Below, piece after piece: positions 1 through 9,561 of a DNA stretch of 64,000 nucleotides (positions are counted from its first letter, which is position 1; every line of letters begins with the position of its first letter). The position numbers were made by a program, and so were the translations under genes. This DNA is from a virus. Lineage: Duplodnaviria; Caudoviricetes. The notes under the pieces were generated by a model. The model was given only the letters and a program-made list of their open reading frames with translations. It ran no database searches and was not told where the DNA came from. Where the stretch lies: positions 4,587 to 68,586 of IMG/VR virus record IMGVR_UViG_2609460070_000002. One strand, given 5' to 3'.

Positions 1-84
1 GCCGCCCGGGTCTTGTGGATCATTAGAATAGCCACCTTCGCTAACGAGCACTTTCGCCAGCGCCTGAGAAAACAGGTCTGCCAT
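1..84 (-). CDS. GH108 N-acetylmuramidase endolysin, 5' part only
   Basis: Manual translation MADLFSQALAKVLVSEGGYSNDPQDPGG contains the GH108 EGGY..DPGG motif; AAGGA RBS upstream; runs off the window. Confidence 0.88.
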   Translation of the reverse strand, partial: MADLFSQALAKVLVSEGGYSNDPQDPGG

Positions 85-147
85 GATGGTTTCCTTTGAT
101 GGATGGTGTTAGATTGCGATTAGTTCAAATCACCGAAGGACAGGGCG

Positions 148-897
148 TTGGGCGAACTGATAGACATCACTGGAATGCGTTTTGGGCGCTTGGTCGTGAT
201 TGATCGAGCTGAGAACAAGGGCGATACTCGCGCCCGATGGCATTGCATTTGTGACTGTGGAGGCGAGAAGACCACGTCAGGCAAGAACCTACGAACCGGC
301 ATCACTCAGTCTTGTGGGTGCCTCGGCCTTGAATGGGCCCGCGAAATGGGCGCGTCACCAGAGTACACCGCAGCGAATGCTGAGCGGATCGTAAGCCATG
401 GTCATAAGCGAAGAGCCGGCAAGTCGCCGGAATATCGTTCATGGTTGCAGATCAAACGACGTTGCTCGGATCCGACAGATAGTGATTGGCCGAACTATGG
501 AGCCATTGGCATCCGCGTTTGTCCTGAGTGGGAGCATTCGTTCGAGCAATTCTTGGCCGACATGGGGGAAAAACCAACGTCCAACCATGTCATTGTCCGC
601 AAGGATACAAAGATTGGATATTCTCCCGACAATTGCGAATGGCTTGCCAGGCAACGCGCGGGTGCTCGAAGACGGCGCTCCTTTATATCCGTTTCCGTTG
701 CTGGACTTGAATTCCCATCGATAAAGGCGGCTTGCCGACATTTCGGCGTCAACCTGACGACCGTCCTTTACCGAATACATGCCGGCATTCCTCTTGAAGA
801 TGCTGTGACCTACAAAAGCCATGGAGCAAAGCCGCGGCGGTCCCGTGAAAGCTATCTTCGCTCCGATCACCCAGACCGCATCAAGCTCAATATCTGA
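148..897 (+). CDS. Phage homing-endonuclease-like protein (degenerate HNH-type)
   Basis: DITGMRFGRLVV..WHCICDCG..SCGC and W..IKRRC..YG..GIRVCPEW..F..DMG..YSPDNCEW motifs of this phage family. Confidence 0.75.
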   Translation: MGELIDITGMRFGRLVVIDRAENKGDTRARWHCICDCGGEKTTSGKNLRTGITQSCGCLGLEWAREMGASPEYTAANAERIVSHGHKRRAGKSPEYRSWLQIKRRCSDPTDSDWPNYGAIGIRVCPEWEHSFEQFLADMGEKPTSNHVIVRKDTKIGYSPDNCEWLARQRAGARRRRSFISVSVAGLEFPSIKAACRHFGVNLTTVLYRIHAGIPLEDAVTYKSHGAKPRRSRESYLRSDHPDRIKLNI

Positions 898-967
898 CCT
901 GCGCCGTCGAGAGCTTTCCGCCGAACAACGACGAACGCACCGCCGCGAAGAACTTCGCTCGGTCCAT
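887..967 (-). pseudogene. 5' remnant of a second, probably GH19-like, endolysin
   Basis: MDRAKFFAAVRSSLFGGKLSTAQV with AAGGA RBS resembles N-termini of rhizobial phage lysins; the frame closes in the 3' end of ORF 148..897. Confidence 0.65.
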
Positions 968-1050
968 GAGTTTTGATCCTTGTGAAAAGATGGCGGCGGT
1001 GCATCGCGCCTCATCGAAGAACTTCGATCAGTGCGCTATAGGCTCCAATA

Positions 1051-1075
1051 GAAAAAGGGCGCCAAAGCGGCCTTT
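1051..1075 (-). terminator. Intrinsic terminator after tail operon
   Basis: GGCCGC-TTTG-GCGCCC imperfect hairpin followed by TTTTT on the minus strand. Confidence 0.5.
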
Positions 1076-1101
1076 ACGGAGAGAGAATCTCTTCGTGATG
1101 G

Positions 1102-2664
1102 CTAGAAGTTGCCAGCGATGTATTTTGTTGCTGTCGGCTTCAGTTCGAGTACTGGGGCTGCCGTCCAATATCCTGGAGAAGATTTATTCCCAACGGCCAC
1201 GTAGCGATTGCTGTTCGCTCCGAAGGCGATCAAATGCGAAGCGGTCGAGCCGTTATAGGCACGCACCGTATTGTGTGAAACATCTAGTTCTGTCGCGACA
1301 CTGGCGAAGACGATCAAATAGGATGTTGTCCTGCAAGCGACGAACATGTTGTTGGAAACATGTATGCCAGCAACAGACCCAGCGAAAGACAGCAGATTTT
1401 GCGATCCTAATTCGGCGCCGCGAATCCAGTTTCCTTCAATAAAGACATCCTGCAATACGGCTCCGCCGGATATAGAAGTTACAACAAATGGTCCGGTAAG
1501 GCCTTGTCCGTAGCATCCGCTGATGTGCCAATCGAATATTTGAGAGGCGCTCGACGTCATGCAGATGGAGAACATTTTATTGACAGAATCGAATTGGCAA
1601 TCCCTGAACCACCAGTCGGCGATCTGGACGCCCCCTGAATTCACATTTATGGCCACGTCGCTTTGATAAAATTGACACCCATAGAATCGGACGCCGTTTA
1701 TTGCTCCTCCAGTTCCATGGATGTAGATGTTAGCGGTGGTGGTTGCAGCTTGCCGATTTGCGACAAATTGGCACTCCCGAAAATCCATATCTCCGGTGAA
1801 GAGCCGCGCATCTGGAACAGCAAATTCAATGCAGACGTTCGTATTGGACCAGCCGGAGCAACGTCTGATCGTGGCTAGCCGGATTTGCTGGAATCTCCAT
1901 GTGACATCGAAAACGTTGACATAGACGTTTTCGATCAGGGATTGCTGGCTCCCAACCAAATTTAAACCATCGGCGTCACCGCCACACCAGAATCCAAACT
2001 GAGCCGGCGACTGGGCATCTCTGATGATATTGAAATCGCCGATATCCCACCCTGCGATGTGCTCGGTATTCCAGGTCGATTGACCCTGAAGATGCAGAGC
2101 GACATTGCCTGTGAATACAGCAAGGCACTTGAAGGCGGTTCCACCAAATGCTGGATCCCCGGTCGCACCGGAACCCCTCATCTTAATTGGGACACTCCCT
2201 GTCGGGGTTATTTCGAATTTGTTGCCGATACCATAGATGGACGGTGACAAAATGATTTCTGCCCATCCTTCGCCATCCGATCCCTTCGATGCGGCAACGC
2301 AATCATGGGCAGCCTGGAGGGCCGGTTGGTCATCAGAAATGCCATCTTCCTTGGCGCCCCAATAGCCGGGATAGGCTTTAAGAAGACCGATAACATTTCC
2401 CTCCCCGCCGAATATATGATTGGGCGATGGCGTGTTGGCTGGGAAATTCCGCCATCGTGCGGCCTTTACAGTTCCTCGAATGGTCAAGATGATGCCTGCG
2501 CAAGGGTTCAGAGCCCCGTCACCAGAGAAATGATAAATCTTTCCTTTCGGCCATGTATCGGCGGTCGTGATCGTGACTGGGCAATCTATACAAATATCGT
2601 CACCCATAGAATGGGCGAGATTTATCGCGGCTTGGTTGCCGCCAAGCGCACTAATCGCGATCAA
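1102..2664 (-). CDS. Pectate-lyase-like beta-helix protein (tailspike/depolymerase-like)
   Basis: YWGAKEDGISDDQPALQAA motif followed by beta-helix repeats (F..CQF, I.GN.I, VS.N); TTG start uncertain. Confidence 0.7.
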   Translation of the reverse strand: MIAISALGGNQAAINLAHSMGDDICIDCPVTITTADTWPKGKIYHFSGDGALNPCAGIILTIRGTVKAARWRNFPANTPSPNHIFGGEGNVIGLLKAYPGYWGAKEDGISDDQPALQAAHDCVAASKGSDGEGWAEIILSPSIYGIGNKFEITPTGSVPIKMRGSGATGDPAFGGTAFKCLAVFTGNVALHLQGQSTWNTEHIAGWDIGDFNIIRDAQSPAQFGFWCGGDADGLNLVGSQQSLIENVYVNVFDVTWRFQQIRLATIRRCSGWSNTNVCIEFAVPDARLFTGDMDFRECQFVANRQAATTTANIYIHGTGGAINGVRFYGCQFYQSDVAINVNSGGVQIADWWFRDCQFDSVNKMFSICMTSSASQIFDWHISGCYGQGLTGPFVVTSISGGAVLQDVFIEGNWIRGAELGSQNLLSFAGSVAGIHVSNNMFVACRTTSYLIVFASVATELDVSHNTVRAYNGSTASHLIAFGANSNRYVAVGNKSSPGYWTAAPVLELKPTATKYIAGNF

Positions 2665-2732
2665 AGGATTTCTCTCGATTTTTGGAGGGGAAACAGGGTA
2701 ATTGAATCCAAGGCAAACAAAGGAGATCCCGA

Positions 2733-3806
2733 GTGGGGACCTATCGTCTCATATTAGCTTTGGCTGTTCTTTATTCGCATGCCTTCGGAACGATATGGGG
2801 ACTGAACTCCGGTGTGAGCGCCGTCATTTCGTTTTTCATCATCAGCGGCTATTTGATGACCGGTTTGATCCGGCGAAATTATCCTCAGCTAGATGACGTT
2901 CCAGCCTTTTATCTCGATCGGTTCACACGTCTTTTCCCGCAGTTTTTGTTCTATCTTCTCGCAACGGTCGCCGTGCTGCCGTGGATAGGAACAGACAATT
3001 CTTTTCTAACTGATGGAAGTTTAGAAAAGGTCGTATTGAACGCTGCGATGCTCCCGCTCGGCTATTACATGTTCGGCCTAGAGCATGCGCTCTATATCCC
3101 GCCGTCTTGGAGCCTCGGGCTTGAACTGACTTTCTACCTCGTCTTCCCGTTCTTTATGCTGACATCGGATAGAATGAAGATAGTGGTCGTCTTGACTTCC
3201 TCGATTGTATTCATTGCCGCATTTTTCGGGGTTATTAATACAGATTGGTTTGCTTACAGGCTCTTGCCGGGAACATTTTTTATGTTCGTCATTGGCTCAT
3301 GGAGGCAGTTGGGAAAACACGTTTTTGTATTGGTGTCGTTGTTCTTTTTTATTGCAGTGCTGGGGCTGGCCATCGCATCACCGGCTCTACGGGATCTTCC
3401 CTACAATCTGGAAGTCACCATAGGAGCGGTGATCGGCACTATCGCGATTCTGATCTTGCCCCGTATCCCACGGAACAAGGTCGATGATTATCTTGGAAAT
3501 CTGAGCTATGGCCTGTTTCTGAACCATTATCTCGTTATTTTCATCGCCGATCACTACGGGATACCCAAGTGGGCCATTGTCCCCGCCGCTGCGCTTGTTT
3601 TGTCTGCGATTTCATACGAGGTGATAGAGAAGACAGCACTGCGATTTAGACAGCAGCTTCGGAGAACGAGGAAGATGACCTGCCAGAGAGAAGGCCAGTC
3701 TTCTGCGTTATGTCCTTCCCCTATTGTCAACCCATCCACTGGTAAACAACTGCGCCGCGCTGACGGTTCCGAAGTTAATCGTGAGCGAATAAAAGATTTG
3801 CGCTGA
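2733..3806 (+). CDS. Acyltransferase-3 (OafA-like) membrane O-acyltransferase; probable moron
   Basis: R..LA..V..SH, V..FFIISGY, FY..RF.R.FP, WSL..E..FY and LG.LSY.LFL.H motifs; multiple TM segments; antisense to tail genes. Confidence 0.92.
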   Translation: MGTYRLILALAVLYSHAFGTIWGLNSGVSAVISFFIISGYLMTGLIRRNYPQLDDVPAFYLDRFTRLFPQFLFYLLATVAVLPWIGTDNSFLTDGSLEKVVLNAAMLPLGYYMFGLEHALYIPPSWSLGLELTFYLVFPFFMLTSDRMKIVVVLTSSIVFIAAFFGVINTDWFAYRLLPGTFFMFVIGSWRQLGKHVFVLVSLFFFIAVLGLAIASPALRDLPYNLEVTIGAVIGTIAILILPRIPRNKVDDYLGNLSYGLFLNHYLVIFIADHYGIPKWAIVPAAALVLSAISYEVIEKTALRFRQQLRRTRKMTCQREGQSSALCPSPIVNPSTGKQLRRADGSEVNRERIKDLR

Positions 3807-5366
3807 CGTATTGGCGAAATACGTTGCAGGAACATCAACCTGCATCGCGATAGATGCCGTGTTTGTGCTCGATATGGTCAGAGGTGAGGATTGCGTTCCT
3901 CCAGCAATGGCGCTTCCTATACCGATAACTGCGCCCGAATTTGCCCCTACGGACAATGATAGAGAGATGATCGGTGAAACCACGATGCCAGACGGCACAG
4001 TAAGCGTGATCAATGTCGGAGACGTTGCCGATGCACTGTTTCTGTCCGTCACTGAGTTGGTGAAACGGAAGACATCGCCATGTTGATAAAAAGGCTTGAT
4101 TGCCGCCGAGGCTTTGATGATTGAACCGATACGACGCTGGCCCAAAGTATAACCGGCAGGAAGTGTCGGAGAAGTGGATGCCGAGCATCCAATATCTACA
4201 CCGCTGCTTCCGTACATCAGGAAAATATGGCCCGTGCCATTTGGCATCGATGCGCCATCCAGCCAGCAGCCTTGGTTGGTGCCGGCCGCCCAAGCCGCGT
4301 CAGTGCGCTTAACCATAGCGGATGATATCTGCATGCTATAATATGGCGATGCATCGCTAGCGGCCACGCCAGCGGCGATATCCAGATCGTTTGCAGCATC
4401 AGTTGCATCATTTGATAGCGTCAGACCGGACAATGTTCCCTGAAGGAACGGCCCAGACACTATGCTCCCGCTTGTGACGCCGAAGGTGGAAATTCCAGTG
4501 ATGGAACCACCTGTGATCGCGACCGTAGCCGCGGCCTGCGTAGCAATGGAGCCGAGCCCGAGGCCAGTGCGGGCCGTAGCCTGCGTGGTGCCTGACGTCC
4601 CGCCTTGGGCAACCGACAGCGCCGTGGTGAGACCAGATATGGACGTGATATCGCTGTTGGCACCGGACGCAGCTGTTCCGAGGGCAGTACGCGCGGCCGA
4701 TGGTGTTATGGAGCCCGTGCCGCCCTGAGCGATAGACAAAGCGGTTGTCAGTCCCGACATCGACGTTATGTCTGAGTTAGCCCCAGAAGCAGCAGATCCA
4801 AGATTTGTGCGTGCTCCAGATGCCGTTGACGAGCCAGTCCCGCCATCTGCAACAGCGATATCCGTGATGCCCGTTATTGAGCCGCCCGTAATTGCGACAG
4901 CACTGGAATTTTGCGTAGCAATTGTTCCCAGCGCCCCGCCATCGGCAAGGGCGGTTCCAATCGTATTCCCCCACTTGGCAACATGGCCCACGACCGTTGT
5001 CGATGGGCCAGTAACGGTACCGTTTACGATAGGTCCAACGGTGGACCCGTTTATGCGAGCAAACAGCCCGGTAGTCGTCATCCATAGGTCGCCATCGATC
5101 GGTGATGTCGGGGCGATTCCAGGAAGAAGTGCGAAACCGGCGGTAGGCGTCGATGATGGAGCTGTCCTCAGCTTTCCTGTCATCGTGCCGCCGGCTTGAT
5201 TCAGCGGCGTGAAACCAAGCGTGTCTTGTTTTTGCTGGAACCAATTGTTCCACTGCCCGACCGTTGGCACCATGCCATAGGTCATTGCAGGATTGGACGG
5301 CGCCGATTGAGCAAAAGCGGATGCGCTCATCAAGCAGGCGAGAATGGAAATCAGAATTTTTTTCAT
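3708..5366 (-). CDS. Tail-fibre-like repeat protein with N-terminal signal-peptide-like sequence
   Basis: GGTG..T...ART.LG.AASGANSDITS repeats typical of phage fibres; C-terminal receptor-binding-like domain; ATG at 5366 follows the upstream stop. Confidence 0.75.
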   Translation of the reverse strand: MKKILISILACLMSASAFAQSAPSNPAMTYGMVPTVGQWNNWFQQKQDTLGFTPLNQAGGTMTGKLRTAPSSTPTAGFALLPGIAPTSPIDGDLWMTTTGLFARINGSTVGPIVNGTVTGPSTTVVGHVAKWGNTIGTALADGGALGTIATQNSSAVAITGGSITGITDIAVADGGTGSSTASGARTNLGSAASGANSDITSMSGLTTALSIAQGGTGSITPSAARTALGTAASGANSDITSISGLTTALSVAQGGTSGTTQATARTGLGLGSIATQAAATVAITGGSITGISTFGVTSGSIVSGPFLQGTLSGLTLSNDATDAANDLDIAAGVAASDASPYYSMQISSAMVKRTDAAWAAGTNQGCWLDGASMPNGTGHIFLMYGSSGVDIGCSASTSPTLPAGYTLGQRRIGSIIKASAAIKPFYQHGDVFRFTNSVTDRNSASATSPTLITLTVPSGIVVSPIISLSLSVGANSGAVIGIGSAIAGGTQSSPLTISSTNTASIAMQVDVPATYFANTSAQIFYSLTINFGTVSAAQLFTSGWVDNRGRT

Positions 5367-5371
5367 GAGGA

Positions 5372-5935
5372 TCAGACCGCAGTGTTGTCGTGGTTCAACG
5401 GCCATAGGGCCGCATCGATACTCTCGAAATCCGCGATGGTGCCGCCCTCGATCGCCGACAGCACGTTGTTCAAAGCGTCAAAAGTTGCCTGAATGAAATC
5501 CGCAATCAGCGTTGCGACATTGAGAAAATCACTTGTGGCTATTTCGGCGAAAGATGCGCCGGATTGCCAATTCACAAGAACTGGTGGCTCCGGTTGTGAA
5601 AGGCGCAAGGCTTTCCCGATGATCAATGATTGGCTCAACGGATCGGTGGCGAATTTCACCACTTCGCTGTTTATCATCGCTGAATAACCACCGATAGCCA
5701 AAGACCATTGCTTCTGGTTGGCATATGAAATCAGGTCATCTTTCGATGGGGCGACAGCCGTTGGTGCGGAGAAAGAGCCATTGAAAAGAACCCATCCGAG
5801 AGAAACATTAGGATCGCACTTGACCAAGGTCGCCGCAATGCTGGGATGGTATGCAGATTCAACGCTGATACCGTCCGGCAAGCTTATGATTTCGGTCACG
5901 ATATCATCGGAGACACGAGCATAGGTATTCGGCAT
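5372..5935 (-). CDS. Tail fibre assembly/DUF4376-like protein
   Basis: YARV....V.EII...GW.F.G.FSAP N-terminus; GAGG RBS; lies between fibre genes. Confidence 0.65.
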   Translation of the reverse strand: MPNTYARVSDDIVTEIISLPDGISVESAYHPSIAATLVKCDPNVSLGWVLFNGSFSAPTAVAPSKDDLISYANQKQWSLAIGGYSAMINSEVVKFATDPLSQSLIIGKALRLSQPEPPVLVNWQSGASFAEIATSDFLNVATLIADFIQATFDALNNVLSAIEGGTIADFESIDAALWPLNHDNTAV

Positions 5936-5945
5936 CTCTTGTTCC

Positions 5946-6995
5946 TCAATATTGCAGGATAATTTGACCAGGGGCGCCATCGCCACCCTTCTTGTTGGAT
6001 GCCCACCCCGTGAAATAGGTTGTCGAACCACCGCTACCCGGTGCCGCACCGTTCTGAATTGGGCTTGAGATCGTAGCGGCACGGCCGCCTCCGCCTTGGC
6101 TGCTTGATCCGCCGATACCGCCATATGAATTTACGTCTGTGGCACCGGAGCCATCCGTGCCAGCACCACCGATCTGAATGATCTGACCGCCAATGCCGGT
6201 ACCGCCGGGGCCGCCCGAACAATCGGTACCGAACCCTCCGGTACCTCCCGTTGCGGACATAAAAGCCCCTACGCTCGATGTGCCGCCAGCGGCTCCATTG
6301 GCACCGTTGCTACTCGGGCTATTTGCGCTTGCTGCACCGCCGGTACCACCGACACCAACAGTAATCGTAATGCTTTGGCCGGGAGTAACGCTGATCCAGC
6401 CAGAGGACGTTCCACCAGCACCGCCGCCACCGCCGGCTTTACAACTACCATCTGATCGCTGTCCTTGCCCTGCGGATCCCGCCCCGCCGCCCACGCATGT
6501 GGCATAGAGATTGTAGACATTTCCTGGTACCGTGAAGGTGAAAACTCCGGCGGTGCTATAAACTGTCGAGGCTGTCGCGCGATTGGTAATGGCAACCCAA
6601 TTCGCAGGCGTTAGCCCGTCTGGGTTTGTCGTATTGTCATCTGCAGTGCTCATCCAAATGACGCCGGGAGCCACCGCGCTAGCTAATATGGCACCCTTGG
6701 GATATCCGCCGATGTCCGTGGAAAAGGCAGAGTCGTAGACAGCAAGGCCCCCGGCACCTTGCCATTGCGACCATTGCGTAATCTGGTTCAGAATACCGTT
6801 CATGTCCTGCCCAAAAGGCGGGACTCCTCCTGAACCGACTGGCAAGAAATTCAGCGGCGGGAACCCATCAGTGAGCGATGCAGCTCCATCGATAATCCCT
6901 ATTTGGGAGGCTTCCGGTATCGTTCGGATAAACCCTCCCCCTGCCGCATCGCCGAATGGGATCGGGAATTTCGACGGAATATCAGAGATTTTCAT
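5946..6995 (-). CDS. Tail fibre protein (baseplate anchor + glycine-rich domain)
   Basis: GFPPL...GGVPPFGQDMNGILN..IGGYPKGA anchor, then FTVP..VGGG Gly-rich C-terminus. Confidence 0.85.
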   Translation of the reverse strand: MKISDIPSKFPIPFGDAAGGGFIRTIPEASQIGIIDGAASLTDGFPPLNFLPVGSGGVPPFGQDMNGILNQITQWSQWQGAGGLAVYDSAFSTDIGGYPKGAILASAVAPGVIWMSTADDNTTNPDGLTPANWVAITNRATASTVYSTAGVFTFTVPGNVYNLYATCVGGGAGSAGQGQRSDGSCKAGGGGGAGGTSSGWISVTPGQSITITVGVGGTGGAASANSPSSNGANGAAGGTSSVGAFMSATGGTGGFGTDCSGGPGGTGIGGQIIQIGGAGTDGSGATDVNSYGGIGGSSSQGGGGRAATISSPIQNGAAPGSGGSTTYFTGWASNKKGGDGAPGQIILQY

Positions 6996-7005
6996 CTGGA
7001 CTTTC

Positions 7006-7749
7006 CTAAAGTGTTACGACACTGGCGGAGACACCAGTTGGTTTAGGGAGGACGCCGGAGTTCTGAACAATTGCCAACTCCACTGGAGAAAGCTGGAATT
7101 CGAACGTGTAAGTCATCGTCATTGTCGTGATCGTTGATCCGGAATAGTAAGATGCTTGGTTGAAGCCTTGGGCATTTACGGATTCGGAAAATCCAAACCA
7201 ATCGCCGCCCTGAAAGCCATCGGTGACGTAAGCGTTCCCCCTGTTCGGGAAGAGCGTCATCAAAATGCGGTTGATCGCGGGAATGGAGCCATTAGTGATA
7301 TTGGCGGCAGCTTTGGCGAAGATAAGCTGGCGAAAAGCTTGGTCAGATAGAGAAAAATTGTCCGTGAGCGGAGACCCGCTGAAGAACGCGCCCTGCCCGA
7401 ATGTGAAGGCTCCGGGGAGAGATTCCTCATAGCCGAACCAGTTGCCGACCTCGACCTGCAGGACGCGGTTTACGCCTACGATCCTGCCCCACACATCCAG
7501 GCCATAGCCTTGGGCGGTATCGACTGACCAAATGTAATCGAAGAAGGCGTCGAAATTTTTCGTCTGATCGAGATAAACGAAGACATTTTCGATCAGTTGG
7601 ATGAGGATCGGGCTATTCGCGTACTGCGAGATCACCGTTTTCCAAACGTCAAAAGGCGGGATTGTCCCTATGGGGGACACGCCGATCGTGAACAAACCCA
7701 CGCCGTTGCTACCCGGCTGTGGACCAGGGGGATAATCAGGACCGCTCAT
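7006..7749 (-). CDS. Baseplate protein DUF2612 family
   Basis: ISQYANSP, DTAQGYGLDVWGRIVGV.R and LPKPTGV motifs. Confidence 0.85.
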   Translation of the reverse strand: MSGPDYPPGPQPGSNGVGLFTIGVSPIGTIPPFDVWKTVISQYANSPILIQLIENVFVYLDQTKNFDAFFDYIWSVDTAQGYGLDVWGRIVGVNRVLQVEVGNWFGYEESLPGAFTFGQGAFFSGSPLTDNFSLSDQAFRQLIFAKAAANITNGSIPAINRILMTLFPNRGNAYVTDGFQGGDWFGFSESVNAQGFNQASYYSGSTITTMTMTYTFEFQLSPVELAIVQNSGVLPKPTGVSASVVTL

Positions 7750-7758
7750 TTGTGATCC

Positions 7759-9198
7759 TTACGAAAGTGTAACGACGATATCGTTGGCGGAAACGGTCGG
7801 GATTTGGTCAATCCGAACATCAATATCGAAGAGGTTTGCGACAGCGGATTTCATGGCTTCAATCACCACTGTCTGCGGATTGCTAATCACATACGTTCCA
7901 GTCCCGCCAGTTCCCGTACCAAGGGCCGCGATGGTGGTCCCTACAATGAGGTTCCCCGTCGCGTCAGAGATCGTCTGCCCGACAGCCAGCGTTCCCGACG
8001 CAACCGCACTGACGGTCAACGTCGTGCCAGAGATTGCGCCTGTGAACGACGCTGAAGGGTTATTGATCGAGCCGATCTCAACAGAGATGATCTGAGCCCA
8101 TGAGCCGAGTGCGGCTATCGTGGCATAGAACCGGCTGGCATAAAGCGTGGTGCCGATCTTGGCACGAGGACCGCCATCCCCGCCGGCAAAGGCACTGATA
8201 ATGGCGGTCTGAATTTGCGCCTCCGCGTCGGCCGGAACCAACGTGCTGTCTGCGATATCGACCGCGAAGAGAATGGGCAGCGGATCGGGGATCTCAAATG
8301 ACACAGCGTAGTCCGGATATGGCGGAACGTAGCCCGCGCTAGTGTCCAGTACCGTAACCGTCGTATTGCCGTTGTAGGCGCAGCCTGGGGCCTTTCTGGA
8401 CCATATCGCGCGTGCGATTTGATCAGCCTCACCACCGACCACAGCGACATAGAGAGAATTTGGGTTGAGCGAGACACCGCCGATGGTCTGGGGGCTGTTC
8501 GAAACATTCTCGGTCACATAAGCGTCGATCACGTTTGTCACAGTCAACACGGCACCCAGCACCGACGGCAGAGAGCCATTTGAGTTTACGGCTACCGACG
8601 CCGCCCTACGAGCTTCGAACGCTGCTCTGCTCTCGACATCGTTGCCAAGGACTCCGTCCGAGACGTTGTCGATTGCGTCCCAACCGGGAATAGACTGATA
8701 GATTTGGTTCAGCGTTCCGGCCGGACACGGAATAGGTCCAGGGGTCAGGCATTCGAACGTCAGCGTGATACTGCCGCTGACTGGAATAACCCCGGCTTCG
8801 GTGCAGATATATTGATTGCCATCGGATGCGATAGCCAGCGCGCCTTCTGGTATGGCAACGCCTTCGAGACCAGTGCAAAGCGCCTGAACCACGGTCGGCT
8901 GTGACGGATTGCGCTCGATGAAATATATCCGAGCAATGGCGTCTTGCATGCGCCCCGAGGCATAAGCTGGGTCAACCTGCTGGGTGTATTTCAAAAAGGT
9001 CTGGTTGACCTCGTCAATAACGGCTGTTTCGCTTGATGCGAGCTGCCCCTGAGGAGTCGTCAGATCGGTATTAAGATTGCCGCCGAACGCAGCATTGATG
9101 TCTTCTAAAACGCCGGCAAGAACGGTCTCTGCCGAGGGTATGATAAATCCGTTGTCCGTCCACGAAGGGCTCGGCACATTGGTCGTAACAGCCATCAA
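7759..9198 (-). CDS. Baseplate wedge J/gp47 family protein with inserted module
   Basis: TPQGQL, DP..A.GR.QDAI, G.DVESRA.FE.RR motifs; position in operon. Confidence 0.88.
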   Translation of the reverse strand: MMAVTTNVPSPSWTDNGFIIPSAETVLAGVLEDINAAFGGNLNTDLTTPQGQLASSETAVIDEVNQTFLKYTQQVDPAYASGRMQDAIARIYFIERNPSQPTVVQALCTGLEGVAIPEGALAIASDGNQYICTEAGVIPVSGSITLTFECLTPGPIPCPAGTLNQIYQSIPGWDAIDNVSDGVLGNDVESRAAFEARRAASVAVNSNGSLPSVLGAVLTVTNVIDAYVTENVSNSPQTIGGVSLNPNSLYVAVVGGEADQIARAIWSRKAPGCAYNGNTTVTVLDTSAGYVPPYPDYAVSFEIPDPLPILFAVDIADSTLVPADAEAQIQTAIISAFAGGDGGPRAKIGTTLYASRFYATIAALGSWAQIISVEIGSINNPSASFTGAISGTTLTVSAVASGTLAVGQTISDATGNLIVGTTIAALGTGTGGTGTYVISNPQTVVIEAMKSAVANLFDIDVRIDQIPTVSANDIVVTLS

Positions 9199-9206
9199 TG
9201 AAACCT

Positions 9207-9560
9207 TTAGAAGGATGCGGCGGAAACGGTGCCGTCTTCAGCAGTGATTTGAACCTGCCCAGTCACTGCGCGGTTATCCCAAGACGTGATGAAACACTTC
9301 GATGTCACCACACCGGGGACAGTGAGCGCCGCCTCATTGAAATAGGCCTTCATCAATGAAATTGGTGGGGCATAGCCGAGGATTTGCGAGAAGTAAGGAA
9401 TGCCAATCGTCGTGTCATAGAATACCTCTCCAGCGAACGCTCTGATGGCGCTGGCGGCATCCTGAGCGAGAGCGTAGGGTTCCGTAGCCACAGCGATGTT
9501 CCCGGCGGTATCCACAGTGAGATCCCACGCTAAGGTGTCCAAGAGCAATGTCGATGCCAT
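9207..9560 (-). CDS. Baseplate wedge/sheath initiator (gp25-like)
   Basis: WDL.VD..GNIA..F.GE.FYDTT.GIPY motif. Confidence 0.75.
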   Translation of the reverse strand: MASTLLLDTLAWDLTVDTAGNIAVATEPYALAQDAASAIRAFAGEVFYDTTIGIPYFSQILGYAPPISLMKAYFNEAALTVPGVVTSKCFITSWDNRAVTGQVQITAEDGTVSAASF

Positions 9561-9561
9561 C

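Noticed and set aside
85-967. Self-splicing intron within a single lysin gene
   Set aside because: The two flanks appear to belong to different lysin families, the downstream gene has its own RBS+ATG, and the inner ORF is antisense.
1102-6995. Diversity-generating retroelement or invertible fibre cassette
   Set aside because: No reverse transcriptase, invertase or TR/VR pair seen.
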